From: a virus
Virus record (IMG/VR): IMGVR_UViG_3300042922_000430
Span: 1 to 16,351 of that record
Reading direction: 5' to 3' (one strand)
Length of the DNA stretch: 16,351 nucleotides
The notes under the pieces were generated by a model, which saw only the letters and a program-made list of their open reading frames with translations, was not told the DNA's origin and ran no database searches. This document shows positions 13,790 through 16,351 of this stretch, piece after piece. Positions within the stretch are counted from its first letter, which is position 1; every line of letters begins with the position of its first letter. Position numbers and translations under genes: made by a program.

Positions 13790-14395
13790 ATGGCTACCAA
13801 CCCGAACGGCGGTGTGCTCCACCGCGAGCGTATGCGCTTCGAGCGCGACTTCACGCAGCTGCCCAACCAGTGGCTCCGCGACCGGCGTCTAAGCCGAGCT
13901 GCGCGGGGCCTGCTCGCCGAACTGATGACCCACGAGGCCGGCTATGAACTGTCGATCGCGGGCCTGTCAGCAGTCGGCCTCGAGGGCCGCGACGCAATGC
14001 GGACGATGGTCACCGAACTCGAGACAGCCGGCTACCTGACGCGCCACCGAGAGCGCCGCGGAGGACGCCTCGGAGGGACCATCTGGAAGCTCCAGGATCC
14101 GTTCGATATCCCGGCACCTCAGCCGATGATTCCGGGCCTCGAGCGCACCGCCACCTACGCCGGGAAATCCAACGTAGGTTCGGCCAACGTAGGTTCGGCC
14201 TACGTTGGCTCCACCGCGTCGGGAAATCCGACGACTATAGAAGACCAAGTTAAGAAGAGAAATACTCACTACCCAGCGCAACCACAGAGGACCGCTGCGC
14301 GACCTGTGGATAACTCGCGCCGTGCGGCGTGCGGACACCAGCTCGTCGACGACCGTCACTGCGAGTTCGGATGCAAGCTCGAGGCGTCCGCATGA
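13790..14395 (+). CDS. Winged-helix DNA-binding protein, replication-initiator/replisome-organiser-like (201 aa)
   Basis: Good RBS. The N-terminal pattern FTQLPNQWLRDRRLSRAARGLLAELMTHEAGYELSIAGLS...MVTELETAGYLTRHRERRGGRLGGTIWKL is typical of wHTH phage/plasmid initiator N-domains. A central repeat/low-complexity linker is followed by a C-terminal Cys/His knot (CGHQLVDDRHCEFGC). It is the only replication-type gene present. Confidence 0.6.
   Translation: MATNPNGGVLHRERMRFERDFTQLPNQWLRDRRLSRAARGLLAELMTHEAGYELSIAGLSAVGLEGRDAMRTMVTELETAGYLTRHRERRGGRLGGTIWKLQDPFDIPAPQPMIPGLERTATYAGKSNVGSANVGSAYVGSTASGNPTTIEDQVKKRNTHYPAQPQRTAARPVDNSRRAACGHQLVDDRHCEFGCKLEASA
14161..14273 (+). repeat. Iteron-like repeat cluster plus AT-rich block inside the initiator-like gene (candidate origin of replication)
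   Basis: A 15-bp unit aacgtaggttcggcc occurs twice in tandem (14171-85, 14186-200) with a degenerate third copy (14201-15). An 11-bp perfect inverted repeat is present: gccaacgtagg (14183-93)/cctacgttggc (14199-209). The 10-bp direct repeat cgggaaatcc flanks the cluster (14161-70, 14220-29). Next comes actatagaagaccaagttaagaagagaaatactcact (14234-70), at ~32 percent GC in a genome that is otherwise strongly GC-rich. Confidence 0.45.
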
Positions 14396-14700
14396 GCGTG
14401 TCGCTGGACTGCCGCGACGGGCAGCACTTCGCCTGCGCTATCAGCGGCGGATGCTGCTGCGAGTGCCACGGACTGCACGTCCCCTACGCCGCCGACGAGC
14501 CACTCATCATCGAGGAGCCGATGCCCGTCCGGGCGTACGTCGTGCTGATCGTCGTGACGGCGATCGTCCTCACGCTCGGCGTCACGTTCATCGGCACGCT
14601 CGCGCTCACTGACGCAGCGACGGTGCTGCTCGTGGCGCTGTGGGGCTGGACGCTCGGATGCGTCGTGACGTCGATCGCTCAGCGGGTGAGTCAGCGATGA
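14392..14700 (+). CDS. Membrane protein with Cys-rich N-terminal cluster and two TM helices (102 aa)
   Basis: ATGA overlap with the upstream stop. Cys cluster: CRDGQHFACAISGGCCCECHGLH. TM helices: AYVVLIVVTAIVLTLGVTFIGTLAL and VLLVALWGWTLGCVVTSIA. High GC3. Confidence 0.65.
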   Translation: MSVSLDCRDGQHFACAISGGCCCECHGLHVPYAADEPLIIEEPMPVRAYVVLIVVTAIVLTLGVTFIGTLALTDAATVLLVALWGWTLGCVVTSIAQRVSQR

Positions 14701-14885
14701 CGTGGGAGGCGATGGTCAGCGACGAGCGCCGGCGCGTCCCCGTCCGTTGGCGCGTCGAGGAGTCCGCAGTGCTCGCCGGACATTGGGTCGTCTACGCGGG
14801 CCAGGAGTTCCACGTGCTGCCGACCTGGCGGGAGGCGTACGACTACGCCTACGCCCGCGCGCGACTGCGAGGGCTCGAGCAGTGA
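14697..14885 (+). CDS. Hypothetical protein (62 aa)
   Basis: ATGA overlap upstream and GTGA overlap downstream. Coding bias is good. No recognisable motif. Confidence 0.55.
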   Translation: MTWEAMVSDERRRVPVRWRVEESAVLAGHWVVYAGQEFHVLPTWREAYDYAYARARLRGLEQ

Positions 14886-15166
14886 GCCAGCATCACCGCT
14901 CGAGCAAGCACACGTCGGCGACCCACAAGCTCCGCCCCGAGATCGAGGCTCGGCTGCCGATGCCGTGCGTCGAGTGCGGTCGGCCCGTGCACAAGGAGCA
15001 GAAGTGGCACGTCGCCCACGTCACCCCCGCATCCAAGGGCGGACGCACGACTCGAGCGAACACGGGCGCAGCTCACGCCGGATGCAACCTCCGAGCCGGC
15101 GGGCGCATGGGCGCAGCCGTGACCAACCGACACCGCAACGCGAAGAAGGGCATCCGGCCATGGTGA
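14882..15166 (+). CDS. HNH endonuclease (94 aa, GTG start), packaging-associated type
   Basis: Motif: PCVECGRPVHKEQKWHVAHVTPASKGGRTTRANTGAAHAGCNLRAG (C-x2-C ... H ... N ... H-x2-C-N). It lies just upstream of the terminase, as in cos-type HNH-dependent packaging modules. Confidence 0.85.
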   Translation: MSQHHRSSKHTSATHKLRPEIEARLPMPCVECGRPVHKEQKWHVAHVTPASKGGRTTRANTGAAHAGCNLRAGGRMGAAVTNRHRNAKKGIRPW

Positions 15167-15345
15167 ACAACGAGCACGACGACACCTCCGACACCGACGA
15201 GTGGATGCACGGATCGCTCGTCAATGTCGCATTGACTCCGAACGAATGGGCGCACGTCGTCGCGGCGCTCGGCCTCGCGCCGGTAGCTGACTGGCAGCGC
15301 ATCGCGCAGCTCATCACTCGCGCAGTGATGGAGACGACAAAGTGA
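15160..15345 (+). CDS. Hypothetical acidic protein (61 aa) in the small-terminase position
   Basis: ATG 15160 overlaps the HNH stop. High GC3. The stop overlaps the GTG at 15342. No motif recognised, so the TerS role is speculation from position only. Confidence 0.5.
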   Translation: MVNNEHDDTSDTDEWMHGSLVNVALTPNEWAHVVAALGLAPVADWQRIAQLITRAVMETTK

Positions 15346-16351
15346 GCGTAATCGAGGCCAAAGAGGCTCAATCTTTTGAGAATCCGATCGAACCTCCGCC
15401 TGTAGGCAGCGCCGGATTTTCTCACACGACCTGGGAAAAAGTGCGATCGAGCGGGATCGCACCGCGATGGTGCGGACCCCTCGACGACACGGAGGAATTG
15501 CGCCGAGAGTTCCTCGAGGGTGCTGCGCTGATGGGCTACGCGCTCGTCGATCTCGACGACCTCGAGGCGGTCGCCGCATTGCGCGCGCTCGAGCCGGCGT
15601 TCGAGCCGTTGCAGCCGCAGCAGCTCCTCATGGCCGACGCACTGAACGCCGGCCTCCAGGTCAACGCGATCGAGGTTCCCCGCCGCGCGAGCAAGACGAC
15701 CACGATCCTCTGCTGGGCTCTCGGCCGCTGTGTGTCGCGGAAGCGGTACAAGGTCACGTACTCCGCACAGGACGGCATGTCGGGCGTCGCCAACCTCGAC
15801 GAGTGGGCGCGCGACGGGCTCGACCGGATGAACCCCGCGGAGGACGACGGCGTGCCGCCGTGGCTCCGCAACGTCAAGCGCAAGCCCAAAGCACAGCAGC
15901 GCGCCGAGTCACTGTTCGGTGCCGACGTCGTGCCGTTCGAGGAGCCCGAGAAGTCCGGCCGCGGTTTCATCATCTACCGATCGGTCACGAAGGCCGGCGT
16001 GTACTTCGACAATGGCTCCGCGTTCTACGTCGTGCGACCCGACGCGAAAGCGTTCCGCGGGAAGGCCGCAGACGTGTCGTGGATCGACGAGTCGCAGGAA
16101 GTCGAGCCCACCGAAGGCGCGGCGCTGCTCGCCGGCATCCTGCCGCTCCAGGACACCCGACCCGAGGGCATGACGATCGTCTCCGGAACGGCCGGCGAAG
16201 TTCGCGCCGGCCCGCTCTGGATGTTCCTCGAGCGGCTCCGCGCCGGCGACCCCGAGATGGGCGGCGTCGACTTCGCGGTGGCGGACGACACCCCGTGGGG
16301 ACTCGTCGAGAACGAGGACACGGCGATCGAGCTGCTCAAGAGCGTGCACCC
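15342..16351 (+). CDS. terL: Terminase large subunit, 5' portion (ATPase domain); open to the window end and continues at base 1 (16225-16351 duplicates 1-127)
   Basis: The open frame (positions congruent to 0 mod 3) has no stop from 15342 to 16351. It is absent from the ORF track because it has no stop in the window. Motifs: Walker A-like EVPRRASKTT (15678-15701), Walker B-like VSWIDESQE (16074-16100), coupling motif VSGTAG. The joined product is 571 aa from GTG 15342, or 508 aa from ATG 15531 (GAGGG 10 nt upstream). The first ~35 codons after 15342 have GC3 near 50 percent, so the later start is plausible. Confidence 0.85.
   Translation, partial: MSVIEAKEAQSFENPIEPPPVGSAGFSHTTWEKVRSSGIAPRWCGPLDDTEELRREFLEGAALMGYALVDLDDLEAVAALRALEPAFEPLQPQQLLMADALNAGLQVNAIEVPRRASKTTTILCWALGRCVSRKRYKVTYSAQDGMSGVANLDEWARDGLDRMNPAEDDGVPPWLRNVKRKPKAQQRAESLFGADVVPFEEPEKSGRGFIIYRSVTKAGVYFDNGSAFYVVRPDAKAFRGKAADVSWIDESQEVEPTEGAALLAGILPLQDTRPEGMTIVSGTAGEVRAGPLWMFLERLRAGDPEMGGVDFAVADDTPWGLVENEDTAIELLKSVH
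16225..16351 (+). repeat. Terminal overlap, copy B (identical to 1..127)
   Basis: See copy A. Identity was checked base by base. Confidence 0.95.

Larger units (their letters stand above)
1..16224. mobile_element. Complete, circularly closed genome of a small temperate tailed phage (or its excised/episomal form); unique length 16,224 bp
   Basis: An exact 127-bp overlap between the window ends closes the sequence into a circle. Contents are a full packaging-head-tail-lysis module plus integrase, repressor, initiator-like and HNH genes, with very little non-coding DNA. No flanking host genes are present. Confidence 0.8.

Noticed and set aside
13654-13947. 97-aa plus-strand ORF crossing the rep start, the switch region and the 5' end of the initiator-like gene
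   Set aside because: It runs through the dyad-rich non-coding switch and out of frame over a gene with a good RBS. Its coding bias is poor.
14171-14215. Tandem 15-bp repeats as a CRISPR array or minisatellite
   Set aside because: There are only two exact copies plus one degenerate copy, directly abutting with no spacers, and in frame within a coding gene. This is inconsistent with CRISPR. They are interpreted instead as iteron-like sites.
16225-16351. 127-bp direct terminal repeat as a biological feature (phage DTR, LTR or insertion-sequence end)
   Set aside because: It lies in the middle of the terminase coding frame, which is continuous across the join. Its length also equals a standard assembler k-mer. 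A circularisation overlap is the simpler explanation, although a true short terminal redundancy cannot be excluded without reads.

Overview
High-GC window with Actinomycetota-like codon usage (third codon positions almost all G/C). It is a whole circular replicon, not a chromosomal fragment. Bases 1-127 recur exactly at 16225-16351, so the unique sequence is 16,224 bp. The large-terminase gene is split across the window ends (15342 or 15531..16351 joined in phase to 1..833); the supplied ORF track lists only the 3' piece (33..833) because the 5' piece has no stop inside the window.

The replicon reads as a very small temperate siphovirus-type phage with about 24 tightly packed genes, many with ATGA/GTGA/TGATG start-stop overlaps.
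- Plus strand, structural and lysis genes: TerL, two small ORFs, portal, a prohead-protease/major-capsid fusion, a gp6-like connector, a neck protein, a putative tail tube, an HK97-gp10-like protein, a short tape measure, four tail/baseplate proteins (one with a C-terminal SGNH/GDSL esterase), an M23 endolysin with PG-binding repeats, and a 2-TM holin.
- Minus strand: a lipoprotein gene, a tyrosine integrase and an XRE-type repressor.
- Plus strand again, divergent early operon: a winged-helix replication-initiator-like protein, a Cys-rich membrane protein, a small ORF, an HNH endonuclease, and a 61-aa ORF abutting TerL.

Most interesting signals:
1. The 3' half of a tRNA (the putative attP core) lies inside the 3' end of the repressor ORF next to int. 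This is the architecture of integration-dependent immunity.
2. An iteron/inverted-repeat cluster followed by a sharply AT-rich block sits inside the initiator-like gene, a lambda-O-style internal origin candidate.
3. A protease-scaffold-capsid fusion.
4. An esterase-armed tail protein with a duplicated module.
5. A lipoprotein moron convergent with the lysis cassette.
6. There is no tail-chaperone frameshift pair and no recognisable cro, xis or terS.

All family calls rest on motif recognition by eye. No database search was run.
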